Below are positions 19,201-28,931 of a stretch of DNA of 64,000 nucleotides, one piece after another. The notes below the pieces were generated by a model that worked only from the letters and a program-made list of their open reading frames with translations, was not told the DNA's origin and searched no databases. This DNA comes from Desulfobacterales bacterium (lineage in GTDB: Bacteria > Desulfobacterota > Desulfobacteria > Desulfobacterales > UBA5616), in NCBI GenBank assembly GCA_046483495.1, contig JAWODC010000064.1:55892-119891 (forward strand), given 5' to 3'. The stretch's first letter is position 1; each line of letters starts with the position of its first letter. A program made the translations under genes and the position numbers.

Positions 19201-20742
19201 ATGATGTATCACCACAGCACGTATGCACGAAAAAAACCCGACACTCCCGCTTATTATATGGCTGAAAGCGGTGAAGCAGTGACGTGGAGCATGCTCAACC
19301 GGCGCATCAATCGCCTGGTCCGGTATTTCAGAGACATCGGGCTGGCACCCAAAGACCATATCGCCATCTGCATGGAAAACAATGCCCGCTTCTTTGAAGT
19401 GACCGGCGCCGCCGGAGATGCAGGCCTGATATTCACCTGCATCAGCACCCATTTAAAAGTCAGCGAAACAGAGTATATCATCAATAACTGCGAGGCCGTG
19501 GTATTCATCACATCCTATTCCCAAAAAGAGCTTGCCGAAGCCCTGCGCGGCCGCACTCCGAATGTGCGCCATCGGCTGATGACCGGCGGCACGATCGAAG
19601 GCTATGAATCTTACGAGGATGTTACCGGCCGGTATCCCACCGATCCCCTGCCGCTCGGAATGGCCGGCCGGGCCATGCTTTACTCCTCAGGAACGACCGG
19701 CCTTCCCAAAGGAGTGCTTTCCACGGTTGAAGATCGGCCGGTCGGGGAGCTGGGACCTTCCGGAGAAATAATGATTTCGCTGTATCGAATGAATGAAGAC
19801 ACCGTGTACCTTTCCCCGGCTCCGCTTTATCATTCGGCCCCTCTGGTGTTTTGCGGCATAACCCTTGCCGTAGGCGGCACCGTTATCGTCATGGAAAAAT
19901 TCGATGCTGAAAAATCGCTTGCACTGATCGAAAAACACCGGGCTACCCACAGTCAATGGGTTCCCACCATGTTTATCCGGATGCTGAAGCTTCCAAAAGA
20001 AGTCAGGGAAAAATACGACATTTCCAGCATGAAGCTTGCCGTTCACGCCGCAGCGCCCACACCGGTTGAAATCAAAGAGCAGATGATCGAGTGGTGGGGC
20101 CCCGTTTTTCTCGAATATTACGGCGGTACGGAAGGCAGCACCATGATTATGATTTCATCAGAGGAGTGGATGCAGCACAAAGGTTCGGTTGGAAAATGCT
20201 ATATCGGCAAAATCCACATACTCGATGAGAATGAAAACGAAATGCCGGTAAGAGAACCGGGGTTGATATACATTGAAGACGGAAACCCTTTCGAGTATCA
20301 CAAGGAGCCGGAGAAAACGGCGGAATCAAGGACTTCCAGGGGATGGTCCACCATGGGAGATATCGGGTACCTCGATGAAGACGGGTACCTTTATCTGACC
20401 GATCGAAAATCCAACATGATCATCTCCGGCGGTGTGAATATTTATCCCCAGGAAACGGAGAATCTCCTGACCCTCCATCCAAAGGTGCTGGATGTAGCGG
20501 TTTTCGGTATACCCCATGAAGAGTTCGGGGAGGAAGTAAAAGCGATTGTCGTTCCCGCCCGTTTAGATGAAGCAGGTTCTGAACTCGAGGAAGAGCTCCT
20601 GTCATACTGCAAGGAGAATATCTCCCATATTAAATGTCCCAAAAGCATTGAATTTCGCGAGAATCTGCCGCGGACTCCCACCGGAAAACTGCTGAAACGA
20701 TTATTGAAGGAAGAATACCGGCATAACGGCCGAAGCATTTAG
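19201..20742 (+). CDS. Acyl-CoA synthetase (AMP-forming)
   Basis: YSSGTTGLPKG, YGGTE, GDIGYLD, SGGVNIYP and TGKL motifs. Confidence 0.92.
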   Translation: MMYHHSTYARKKPDTPAYYMAESGEAVTWSMLNRRINRLVRYFRDIGLAPKDHIAICMENNARFFEVTGAAGDAGLIFTCISTHLKVSETEYIINNCEAVVFITSYSQKELAEALRGRTPNVRHRLMTGGTIEGYESYEDVTGRYPTDPLPLGMAGRAMLYSSGTTGLPKGVLSTVEDRPVGELGPSGEIMISLYRMNEDTVYLSPAPLYHSAPLVFCGITLAVGGTVIVMEKFDAEKSLALIEKHRATHSQWVPTMFIRMLKLPKEVREKYDISSMKLAVHAAAPTPVEIKEQMIEWWGPVFLEYYGGTEGSTMIMISSEEWMQHKGSVGKCYIGKIHILDENENEMPVREPGLIYIEDGNPFEYHKEPEKTAESRTSRGWSTMGDIGYLDEDGYLYLTDRKSNMIISGGVNIYPQETENLLTLHPKVLDVAVFGIPHEEFGEEVKAIVVPARLDEAGSELEEELLSYCKENISHIKCPKSIEFRENLPRTPTGKLLKRLLKEEYRHNGRSI

Positions 20743-20766
20743 GTGTTATTTGGTGCATCCAGAACA

Positions 20767-21558
20767 CTATTTGATAATTCTGAGCCGGTGGCTGTCCTTT
20801 AAAGCCTCCCACAGGTGCTGAATAATAACGTCGGACGCGTTTTCAACTCCGAGATCCTCGTCGCCTGCCACCGTACGACAGGACGTCATCAGCCGGGGAT
20901 TTTCATCCCGGAGACCGAAAGAATCCCTGATGTATTTTCCCAAGGTGGCATCGAGCAGAACAAGTTCGCTGAAGCCCATATTGGCGATCACCACCTTGTC
21001 CTTCAGCGGCAGTTCGGACACCAAACGGGTTACGGCCCTTGCCACCGTGTCGGGCAGATCGGATTTCGTCAGGGGAAGTTCAAAGGAGAGTGCGGCGTCA
21101 TATTCGATATGGCATAAATAAATCGCGCTCTCCAATATATCCATAGCGGCTTTGCAGATGCTGCTGTTTGGCGCCGTTTCTCCAGAAATATTGAGCACTT
21201 TGATATGGTAGGTCATCATCCATTTGCAAATCTGCGATGCGACTTCGAATCGGGAGCCGCCTTCCAGCGTGATGGCCAGAAAGGGCTTTTTCAAACGGCC
21301 GGCCCACCGGCACATGCTGCCTGCCGCATCATCGGATTGATTTTCGATAAAAAGCAGCGTGCCGTCGGAAAACCGAATATTTTTTTTCATGCAGCCCGAT
21401 TCGCCTTCCGGCACTTCTCGTAAGCGGTATCTCGAGGGCAAAGCCTTTTTCGAGCCTACCGGAATCCAACCCCCGTGCGGGATATTCAATTCAATCGCGA
21501 GGTCGAGGGCCGACTGTTCGACACCCTCCCGGCCTCCGGTTAGAATTTTTTCAATCAT
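20767..21558 (-). CDS. Putative molybdenum-carrier (SLOG) domain protein with C-terminal DUF6794-like domain
   Basis: KILTGG..GV...ALD.A....IPHGGW, SDGTL and VLNISG; C-terminal LPDTV..AV...LGKYIRDSFGL. Confidence 0.7.
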   Translation of the reverse strand: MIEKILTGGREGVEQSALDLAIELNIPHGGWIPVGSKKALPSRYRLREVPEGESGCMKKNIRFSDGTLLFIENQSDDAAGSMCRWAGRLKKPFLAITLEGGSRFEVASQICKWMMTYHIKVLNISGETAPNSSICKAAMDILESAIYLCHIEYDAALSFELPLTKSDLPDTVARAVTRLVSELPLKDKVVIANMGFSELVLLDATLGKYIRDSFGLRDENPRLMTSCRTVAGDEDLGVENASDVIIQHLWEALKDSHRLRIIK

Positions 21559-21810
21559 GCATTTTTCTCAAAGTTTAGCATCGGTAAGTTAACCGGCGCC
21601 CTTTTGCACCTCTGCAGACCCTTTTCTGAATAAAAAGCCGTTGTCCATTCCATTGTATAGCTGCAAATATCCGGATCGTCAAGATCGAGGCGCGATGGGT
21701 ATCGATGTCGTTTTCTGCGGAATATCTTGACTTTTTCACGAAATCATGAAGGCTTCTCTCGGGTTTCAATTTTGGCATATGAATTGAGAAAATAATCCAT
21801 GTAAACGGAG

Positions 21811-22479
21811 GTGAATGTGAACGGATTTGCCAAACGCTTTGCTATCCCTGTGGCTGTGTCCGCGTGCCTTATCCTGTTTTTTATCCGCACCGGTTTCGCC
21901 GATACCGAATTTGTTTACCGCCCGGAAATCAACCTGGTCGGCCCGCTGACGGAAAGACTTTTCTGGATAGCCGCCATCGATCCGAGGCTTTCTGATGATG
22001 CGCAAAAAGCCGATGAGATCGGGCTAAATGCCGGAATCAAATGGAAACATTACAGATTCGCCGCATTTACAGCGGATTACAAATATATCAGCAAGGGGGG
22101 AACGGACAAGCAAAACGAATCTCGACCCCGGCTTGCCGTTGAACTGTACGCCCCTTTGGGCAACTTTGGTGTGGCCCTGCGGAACCGGTTCGAGTACCGC
22201 ATGAAAGAGGGGGAAGATGATTACTGGCGATACCGGGTGCGGGTCAAACTCAAATTTCCCGCAATTGGGAACACTATCCCATTTATCTATGAAGAAGTCC
22301 TTTACGAGTTCGGGGATATCGACGCGATTGACAGAAATGAGGCCGGCCTCGGCATTGCAACGCCTTTGGCGGAAAACCTCGGCCTCACGATTGACCTTCG
22401 GTTTCGCAACAATAAATCCGACGGGGACTGGGAGACGGCAGAAAAACACCTGCTTACCGCGTTGACATACGCGTTTTAG
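21811..22479 (+). CDS. DUF2490-like outer-membrane beta-barrel protein
   Basis: Signal peptide, E.RP, RNRFEYR and WRYRVR motifs; terminal Y-A-F. Confidence 0.7.
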   Translation: MNVNGFAKRFAIPVAVSACLILFFIRTGFADTEFVYRPEINLVGPLTERLFWIAAIDPRLSDDAQKADEIGLNAGIKWKHYRFAAFTADYKYISKGGTDKQNESRPRLAVELYAPLGNFGVALRNRFEYRMKEGEDDYWRYRVRVKLKFPAIGNTIPFIYEEVLYEFGDIDAIDRNEAGLGIATPLAENLGLTIDLRFRNNKSDGDWETAEKHLLTALTYAF

Positions 22480-22480
22480 T

Positions 22481-22499
22481 CATTTCTGGATGGGCACTA
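22481..22499 (+). repeat. Isolated right terminal inverted repeat of the repeat family
   Basis: CATTTCTGGATGGGCACTA matches the right end of copy D (CATTTCCGGATGGGCACT). Confidence 0.6.
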
Positions 22500-22780
22500 G
22501 GCAATCATCCGAGCAGTGACAGACGGGTTGATGCGTTCGGCTGCCGTTTGCCGCACGTGCTCTATTCAGCCGTTTCGTATCTGAACGTCTTTAGATTGGA
22601 AGCATCCGCATGAGGTCCCATCCTTTCATACAAATGCATACAAATTAATAAATAAATTATATTCAGCTAGCAGATTGCTTGACTTTGCCCTATTTATTTG
22701 GCAAAAAAAACGATTTGATGAAATTGCCTTTCGTTTCTTTTATTTAAAGGCTGATGAAGGGCTATAAAACAGGAGGAATT

Positions 22781-23461
22781 ATGATCGTTGCGGAAAGAAA
22801 GCCTCTCGACGAAATCAAAACCCTGGTAAAGGATTATCGTAAGGTTTTGACGGTCGGCTGCGGCACCTGCGTGGCCGTATGTCTGGCAGGGGGGGAAAAA
22901 GAAGCCGGCATTTTAAATGCCGAATTGAAGTTGGCGCGCAATCGCGATTCAAATCCCATCGAGCTGGGCGGCATCACTGTCGAAAGGCAGTGTGATATGG
23001 AATTTCTGGACGAGATCGAGGGGGTGGTCGATGAATATGACGCCATCATCTCGTTGGCCTGCGGCGCAGGAATACAATTTATCGCCGAGCGTTTTCCGGA
23101 TAAACCGGTATTGCCGGGAGTGAATACCACCTTTATCGGTGCAAATCGGGACGTCGGCTGGTATGAGGAAAAATGCCGGGCATGCGGCAGCTGCCTTCTC
23201 GGCTTGACCGGCGGCATATGTCCGGTCACCATGTGCGCCAAAGGCCTGTTTAACGGACCCTGCGGGGGGACCAACCAGGGCTCTTGTGAAATCAACAAAG
23301 ACCAGCCCTGTGCCTGGTACCTGATCTATGAGCGGTTGGCCAAGCAAAACCGGCTGGATTTGATATTGGAAATTTGCCCGCCCAATGAATGGCGGAATAC
23401 GACACCGCGCACCCTTATTCAACCGGCTTACAAGAGTCGGAATGAAGCATCAAAGGCCTGA
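22781..23461 (+). CDS. metV: Methylene-THF reductase small subunit MetV (module 1)
   Basis: GCGTC..VC..GG, ERQC, LACG.G, C..CG.C.L..TGGICP...CAKGL.NGPCGG...CAW; RBS AGGAGG. Confidence 0.88.
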   Translation: MIVAERKPLDEIKTLVKDYRKVLTVGCGTCVAVCLAGGEKEAGILNAELKLARNRDSNPIELGGITVERQCDMEFLDEIEGVVDEYDAIISLACGAGIQFIAERFPDKPVLPGVNTTFIGANRDVGWYEEKCRACGSCLLGLTGGICPVTMCAKGLFNGPCGGTNQGSCEINKDQPCAWYLIYERLAKQNRLDLILEICPPNEWRNTTPRTLIQPAYKSRNEASKA

Positions 23462-23516
23462 ACCGGTACTTAACGGACGATCTACCGCTGGTGAATTCAA
23501 TGATAAGAGGAAGAAT

Positions 23517-24446
23517 ATGGATATGAAGTCAGGCAGTAATCTCGAAAAAATCTTGAAAGCAGGACATTTTGCATTTACCGGAGAACTTGGGCCTCCCAGG
23601 GGCGCAAATGTTGAAGTGGTCCGTGAAAAGGCCAAACACCTCGTCGGCCGTGTCGACCTGGTGAATATTACGGACAATCAGACCGCCATGGTACGAATGT
23701 CCAGCTGGGCCGCCTCTCTGATAGCTTTACAGGAGGGATTGGAACCCAATTACCAGATGGTCTGCCGGGACCGGAATCGATTGGCCATGCAGGCCGACAT
23801 TCTGGGTGCGTATGCTCTGGGTATCCGGAATATCCTTTGCCTTTCCGGCGATCATATGCAATTCGGCGATCATCCCTATGCCAAAGGGGTATTTGATATC
23901 GATTCCATCCAACTTATCGGCATGGTTAAGAAAATGCGGGATGAAGGGCAGTTTCTCGGCGGAGCCGATATCGAAACGCCCCCAAAGCTGTTCATCGGCG
24001 GAGCGGCCAACCCGTTTGCCGATCCCTTCGAATGGCGTGTATATCGCCTGGCCAAAAAGGTAAAGGCCGGCGTTGACTTCATTCAAACCCAATGCATTTA
24101 CAATATGGAAAAAATGAGGGAATGGATCAAGCAGGCCAATGACATGGGACTGACCGAAAAGGTATATATTCTTGCCGGAATCACCCCCATGAAAAGTCTC
24201 GGTATGGCACGGTATATGAAGCTGAAGGTGCCGGGAATGGACGTGCCCGATGATGTGATCAAACGCCTCCAAGGGGTGGATAAAAAGAAGCAGTCGGAAG
24301 AAGGCATCAAGATGGCCTGCGAACAGATCGAAGAATTAAGGGAAATGAAGGGTGTTCACGGGATACATCTGATGGCCATCGAGTGGGAGCATAAGGTACC
24401 CGAAATCGCCGAACGGGCAAAGATGCTGCCTCGGCCCCAGGTTTGA
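23517..24446 (+). CDS. metF: Methylenetetrahydrofolate reductase MetF (module 1)
   Basis: ELGPPRG, NITDNQ, CRDRNR, LSGDH and FIQTQ motifs. Confidence 0.92.
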   Translation: MDMKSGSNLEKILKAGHFAFTGELGPPRGANVEVVREKAKHLVGRVDLVNITDNQTAMVRMSSWAASLIALQEGLEPNYQMVCRDRNRLAMQADILGAYALGIRNILCLSGDHMQFGDHPYAKGVFDIDSIQLIGMVKKMRDEGQFLGGADIETPPKLFIGGAANPFADPFEWRVYRLAKKVKAGVDFIQTQCIYNMEKMREWIKQANDMGLTEKVYILAGITPMKSLGMARYMKLKVPGMDVPDDVIKRLQGVDKKKQSEEGIKMACEQIEELREMKGVHGIHLMAIEWEHKVPEIAERAKMLPRPQV

Positions 24447-24521
24447 TAGACGGCACCATCCAATGGGCAAACCAAAAGAGCGGCTTGCCCTTTATGAAAA
24501 AACAAATCAAGGAGTTTCCAA

Positions 24522-25712
24522 TTGAGTACTGAAAATAAATCTATACTGGTCATCGGAGGCGGAATAGCCGGTCTAACATCGGCCTGGGAATTGTCACGAT
24601 TCGGCTACAACGTTGAACTGATCGAGAAAACGTGCTTTCTGGGAGGACATGGCATCCAGTTCTGCTGCAAGGCCACGGATGAATGCGTTCAGTGCGGCGC
24701 GTGCTCAGTGGAAGACATGCTGAAAAAAGTCGTTGAAGCACCCAATATCACCATTCATCTCGCCACTGAGGTGGAAAGTATACATCGAAACGGCACATTT
24801 TCAGTTAAATTGAAAAAAAGCTCGCTACAGACAGCTGATTCGGAGCAAGGAATCATTCAAGGAATCATTAAGGGATATTCCAAAAACAACCGGCCGCTTT
24901 ATGTCGTAGTCGACCCACAGAAAGCCGATCATATTCCTGAGGACGCCGTGAATGTAAAGAATCTGGGCACGGACGGCCGACTGGAAGCGGATGCCGTGAT
25001 TCTGGCCAGCGGATTTGAACCCTTCAGGGCCGAAATAAAATCGACGTATGGATACGGCCGATTTAAAAATGTCATCACCGGCATGGATCTCGAGCGCCTT
25101 AAACGCAATTACGGAAGAGTGGTTCGACCATCCGATGAAAAGCCGCCGGAGCGTATCGCATTTATTCAATGCGTGGGAAGCCGGGATGAGCGGCTGGGGA
25201 ATCTGTGGTGCTCCCAGGTATGCTGCCCTTATGCCATGCGAATGGCCAGAGACGTCAAATACAATAATCAAGAAGCGAAGATCACGATATTTTACATGGA
25301 CATTCAAAATGCAGGAAAGAATTTTCCTGAGTTTTACGCGAAATGCAAATCCGAAATGAAATTCGTCCGCACCATTCCCGTAGATGTCTTTCCTTTGGAA
25401 AACGACCGGCTCAAAATGCGGTATCTCGATGAACCAAACGGCACGCCGGTAGAGGACGAATTCGACCTTATTGTCCTGTCGATAGGGATTACACCCGGAC
25501 CCGACAACCGAGCCCTGGCCGAACTGCTGGGCCTTAGCCTGAATAAGGACGGTTTTGTGGCAAGCACTGACTCTTTAAACCGGACCACAACCGCTGCAAA
25601 CGGGGTTTTCATGGCGGGAACTATTGAAGGACCGAAGACGATTGCCGCCTCTATTGCCCATGCAGGGCATGCGGCCCGCGAAGTGATGAAATTTTTGGGG
25701 GTAAGCAAATGA
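24522..25712 (+). CDS. hdrA: HdrA-family (QmoA-like) flavo-Fe-S protein
   Basis: TTG start after AGGAG; GGGIAG, CVQCGAC, IQCVGSRD...CSQVCC and FYMDI motifs. Confidence 0.85.
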   Translation: MSTENKSILVIGGGIAGLTSAWELSRFGYNVELIEKTCFLGGHGIQFCCKATDECVQCGACSVEDMLKKVVEAPNITIHLATEVESIHRNGTFSVKLKKSSLQTADSEQGIIQGIIKGYSKNNRPLYVVVDPQKADHIPEDAVNVKNLGTDGRLEADAVILASGFEPFRAEIKSTYGYGRFKNVITGMDLERLKRNYGRVVRPSDEKPPERIAFIQCVGSRDERLGNLWCSQVCCPYAMRMARDVKYNNQEAKITIFYMDIQNAGKNFPEFYAKCKSEMKFVRTIPVDVFPLENDRLKMRYLDEPNGTPVEDEFDLIVLSIGITPGPDNRALAELLGLSLNKDGFVASTDSLNRTTTAANGVFMAGTIEGPKTIAASIAHAGHAAREVMKFLGVSK

Positions 25713-27364
25713 CAGAACAGATTCAAACGGAGTGGGAAGAAATAAACATCAATACCGACGTCCTTGTGATCGGCAGCGGGTACACGGGACTTGCGGCAGC
25801 AAGGGAGATCAGTGCATCCGGGTATCCGGTGATATTGGTTTCATCCGACAGCGCCGCTGCGGATTCGAGCGAAATCCGCCCGCTCGAGGGGTTGGAAGAT
25901 TCCGCCCGGAAAGAACTTGCCGGACTCGCAAAAGAAGTCGAGTCGGATTCGAACATTAAAATGCTCAAAAAAGCACGCTTAGTCGACGCAAGAGGTGTTC
26001 CCGGAGATTTTACCGTTCGTCTGGCATATCCGCAAAAGGAAGAAGTGGAAGAAAAGGTCGGTGCGATTGTCATTGCCACCGAATTCTTCAGCAAACCGGC
26101 AAACGGCGCTTACAACCTTGCGCTCTCCGATCGGATTCTCTCGCTGTCGCAATTCGAGGAAATGATCAAAGGTCCAAAGAAAGATACATTTTCTGGAAAA
26201 ACCATCGCCTTTGTTTTCGGTTTTGCCGGGGAAAGCACCCCCCTGGCCATGGAAAAAATATTCAGAGCGGTATTGGCCGCGGAATCGTTGGATGACTGTA
26301 CGCCGTATGTATATGCCGGAAACCTGAAAGTCGCCTCTGAAGGGTTGGAGCGGTTGTTTTTGGAAAGCAGGGACCGGGGCGCTAACTATTTTAAATTAAA
26401 TCAACCTCCCGTTATCGATGCCGATGGAAGCATTATTACCTTTACGGATCCGGTAACGAATTTGGAAATGGAAGCCGCACCGGACTACATTATTATCGAG
26501 GAAGAACTCAAAGCAGATGCAGCAAATGAACGCCTCTCCAACATTCTCCGCATCGATGCGGGTCCGGGGAATTTTCTGCAGACCGAGAATGTGCATCGCT
26601 TTCCCGTCCGTTCGAACCGTGAAGGCATATTCGTCATCGGCGGTTCACGAGACATACAGGGCATGCCCGCAGCCATAATGGATGTTGACAACGCCGTTTT
26701 GGAAATCAAAAACCTGCTGAAAGACGGCCGCATTACGACCCCGAAAAATAAGGCCCTACTGGATATTGGAAAATGCACGTTCTGCATTACCTGTTACCGC
26801 TGCTGTCCGCATGGCGCGATTTACTGGGATGAGACGAATAAACCCGTAATTTCTCTTGTCGCATGCCAGGCTTGCGGCATATGCGCCAGCGAATGTCCCA
26901 TGGACGCCATCCAAATCGGAAGCTACACGGATGCCGAGATCATGGATCTGCTCAAATCCACTGTCGAAGCCGAAACAGCAAACCCGCGAATCGTGGCGTT
27001 CTGTTGTCAGAATTCGGCTTATGAAGCCGGCTTGATGGCAGAATCATTCGGCTTGGAGTTGCCCGCCAACCTGCAGATCATTCGCGTGCCCTGCGCAGGC
27101 AAGGTGGACCTTGAATACATTCTGAATGCTTTTGTGGAAGGAGCCGAGGGAGTTCTTGTAATGACCTGTCATCCGGGAAATTGCCTTTCGGAAAAGGGCA
27201 ACACCTATGCCAAATGGCGCGTTGAAGATGCTCAACGCAGGCTGTCTGAAATCGGCATGGAGCCGGAGCGTCTCGGGTTCGTGACCCTTGCTTCAAATAT
27301 GGGAAGCGATTTTTCTTCGGCCGTGATTGAAATGCGGGATAAGCTGAATGATCTGAAAACATAA
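25709..27364 (+). CDS. HdrA-ferredoxin-MvhD fusion (QmoB-like architecture)
   Basis: GSGYTG; CTFCITCYRCCP and CQACGICASECP; C-terminal MvhD domain AFCCQNS...VPCAGK...GAEGV...CHPGNC. Confidence 0.85.
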   Translation: MTEQIQTEWEEININTDVLVIGSGYTGLAAAREISASGYPVILVSSDSAAADSSEIRPLEGLEDSARKELAGLAKEVESDSNIKMLKKARLVDARGVPGDFTVRLAYPQKEEVEEKVGAIVIATEFFSKPANGAYNLALSDRILSLSQFEEMIKGPKKDTFSGKTIAFVFGFAGESTPLAMEKIFRAVLAAESLDDCTPYVYAGNLKVASEGLERLFLESRDRGANYFKLNQPPVIDADGSIITFTDPVTNLEMEAAPDYIIIEEELKADAANERLSNILRIDAGPGNFLQTENVHRFPVRSNREGIFVIGGSRDIQGMPAAIMDVDNAVLEIKNLLKDGRITTPKNKALLDIGKCTFCITCYRCCPHGAIYWDETNKPVISLVACQACGICASECPMDAIQIGSYTDAEIMDLLKSTVEAETANPRIVAFCCQNSAYEAGLMAESFGLELPANLQIIRVPCAGKVDLEYILNAFVEGAEGVLVMTCHPGNCLSEKGNTYAKWRVEDAQRRLSEIGMEPERLGFVTLASNMGSDFSSAVIEMRDKLNDLKT

Positions 27365-27396
27365 TCACCCCCGGTGACCACCGAAAATCGACACTA

Positions 27397-27452
27397 AAGA
27401 AGACCTTTGAAAGTCCGTCCTGACAGGATCGGCTTCAAAGGTCTTTTTTTTT
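27397..27452 (+). terminator. Intrinsic terminator after module 1
   Basis: AAGACCTTTGAA...TTCAAAGGTCTT stem followed by a T-run. Confidence 0.8.
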
Positions 27453-27534
27453 AAAATGTCCTTGTAAAAAATGGATCATGCCATTAATAATGAAGAAGAA
27501 CCATCGCAGTGGATTTGCACAACAGGAGGTATTC

Positions 27535-28005
27535 ATGAAAAAACATATACTGGTTGCATTTGACGATTCTGAAAACGCAAAGCGGGCGGTAAACTATTTA
27601 GCCGAAATTTTAAACCCTGACAGTCATGTTACGCTTTTAAGTATCATGTTGGACACCGAAGCTTTGTGCAATATGAACAGCCCTGAGTTAACGCCCTATT
27701 TTAAATCTCAGCAAAGCAGCTTTTGCGTATTGGAAGACAAAAAAAAAGAACTATTGCAAAATGCCCTCGATCAGGCCAAAACAGCCCTTGTGGATGCCGG
27801 GTTCAAAGCATCGAATATCAGGATTAAATTGAATCCCAAAAAGCACGGCATTGCCCGGGATATCCTGATTGAAGCACAGTCCGGATACGATCTGCTGGTA
27901 ATGGGCAGAAGGGGTTTGTCCGGAATCAAGGATTTTTTCCTCGGGGGCGTATCACAGAAAGTTTTTTCACATGCAAAAGATATCTCCGTTTTGATCGTTA
28001 ATTAG
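27535..28005 (+). CDS. Universal stress protein
   Basis: ILVAFDDSENAKRA and DLLVMGRRG.......LGGVSQKV motifs; RBS AGGAGG. Confidence 0.9.
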   Translation: MKKHILVAFDDSENAKRAVNYLAEILNPDSHVTLLSIMLDTEALCNMNSPELTPYFKSQQSSFCVLEDKKKELLQNALDQAKTALVDAGFKASNIRIKLNPKKHGIARDILIEAQSGYDLLVMGRRGLSGIKDFFLGGVSQKVFSHAKDISVLIVN

Positions 28006-28171
28006 TATCCATCCGGAGTTAGAAGGTTTTGATCCTGATCCGGGCATGCGTTTCTTTTTGGAGCCACAGGAACAGTGAACCATTTTAAGGGCTTCAAAAA
28101 ACGCCAGAACGCCGCTTCAGTCTGGTCTCCATCCGGAAATGAGAAAATTCGCTTCAGGTAGAGGCGGCCGG
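28003..28171 (+). repeat. Two adjacent degenerate or partial repeat copies
   Basis: TAGTATCCATCCGGA...GCCACAGGAACAGTG...ATTTTAAGGG (decayed core), then TCCATCCGGAAATGAGAAAATTCGCTTCAGGTAGAGGCGGCCGG (left arm of the copy D/F type). Confidence 0.6.
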
Positions 28172-28288
28172 CAGCTCGATCTTCCCGTGACGTGCCGATA
28201 GGCCCAAACACCATTGACAATCGCCAAACATGATTATATTTTTGAAAAAATGTGTATCGGCAGCCGCTTTGTGTACTGTAATTTTTAC

Positions 28289-28434
28289 TACAAGGCGTCT
28301 CAAAATAAAGATTTTGGTCCAAGATCAAGACCGAGACACATGTTGAACCGCAGGCATACGCTTGTATGTTGAGGATTGAACATGCGGCTCCAACGAAGAG
28401 ATTCGGGCAAAAGATTATTTTGAGATGGCTTGTA
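28289..28434 (+). repeat. Repeat copy C with a different terminal inverted repeat
   Basis: TIR TACAAGGCGTCTCAAAATAA / TTATTTTGAGATGGCTTGTA (18/20 complementary); core AACCGCAGGCATACGCTTGTATGTTGAGGA. Confidence 0.85.
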
Positions 28435-28607
28435 AATAATGCCTATTCATCCAAAAATTCAATGGATCGAACCATAACCAATCACCTGGGACGCCCTTTT
28501 TTGATGTAGAAATCAGCAGATCCGGTTAATTTAAAATGGGCACCGAACAAAAATCGTGTAGATGCCATTCGTATTTTGGGCCGAACATAGCAGTTAGGAA
28601 TTACCAG

Positions 28608-28868
28608 ATGGAAGAATTAGATATCCCGGAAGGACTGAAATTCTCATACAAGCGGGTGATGAAGCGGGCGCCCAGCGAACTGAAAGAAGATGTGGATTTT
28701 CAAAGAAAAACGCTGATTTATCTACGGATTGGCGGAGAACGTTTGGCCAGGCAACGCATTGAAATAACAAAAAAACAATTTCGAGAAGGGTATCTATTTC
28801 TGGATCGGCTGATGCCTGAGGAATCGCAGGATGACGATTCACCGGATGAACCCGTAGACAACCCTTAG
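28608..28868 (+). CDS. Hypothetical protein (86 aa)
   Basis: AGGA RBS; natural composition with acidic tail; co-directional with the downstream kinases. Confidence 0.55.
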   Translation: MEELDIPEGLKFSYKRVMKRAPSELKEDVDFQRKTLIYLRIGGERLARQRIEITKKQFREGYLFLDRLMPEESQDDDSPDEPVDNP

Positions 28869-28931
28869 TGTTCGAGATCTTATGTCATCCCGCGAAATGA
28901 ATCAACCCTGCCTTCATAAACGGGAGCCCTT

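Noticed and set aside
21560..21800. Possible second MITE family remnant (TTGACTTTTTCACGAAATCATG)
   Set aside because: Only one degenerate end, with no matching partner in the window.
22500..22780. SAM or THF riboswitch upstream of metV
   Set aside because: No recognisable aptamer consensus; the region looks like an AT-rich promoter.
24522..27364. qmoAB of the APS reductase-linked Qmo complex
   Set aside because: The architecture is similar, but there is no qmoC or aprAB and the genes are coupled to metVF.
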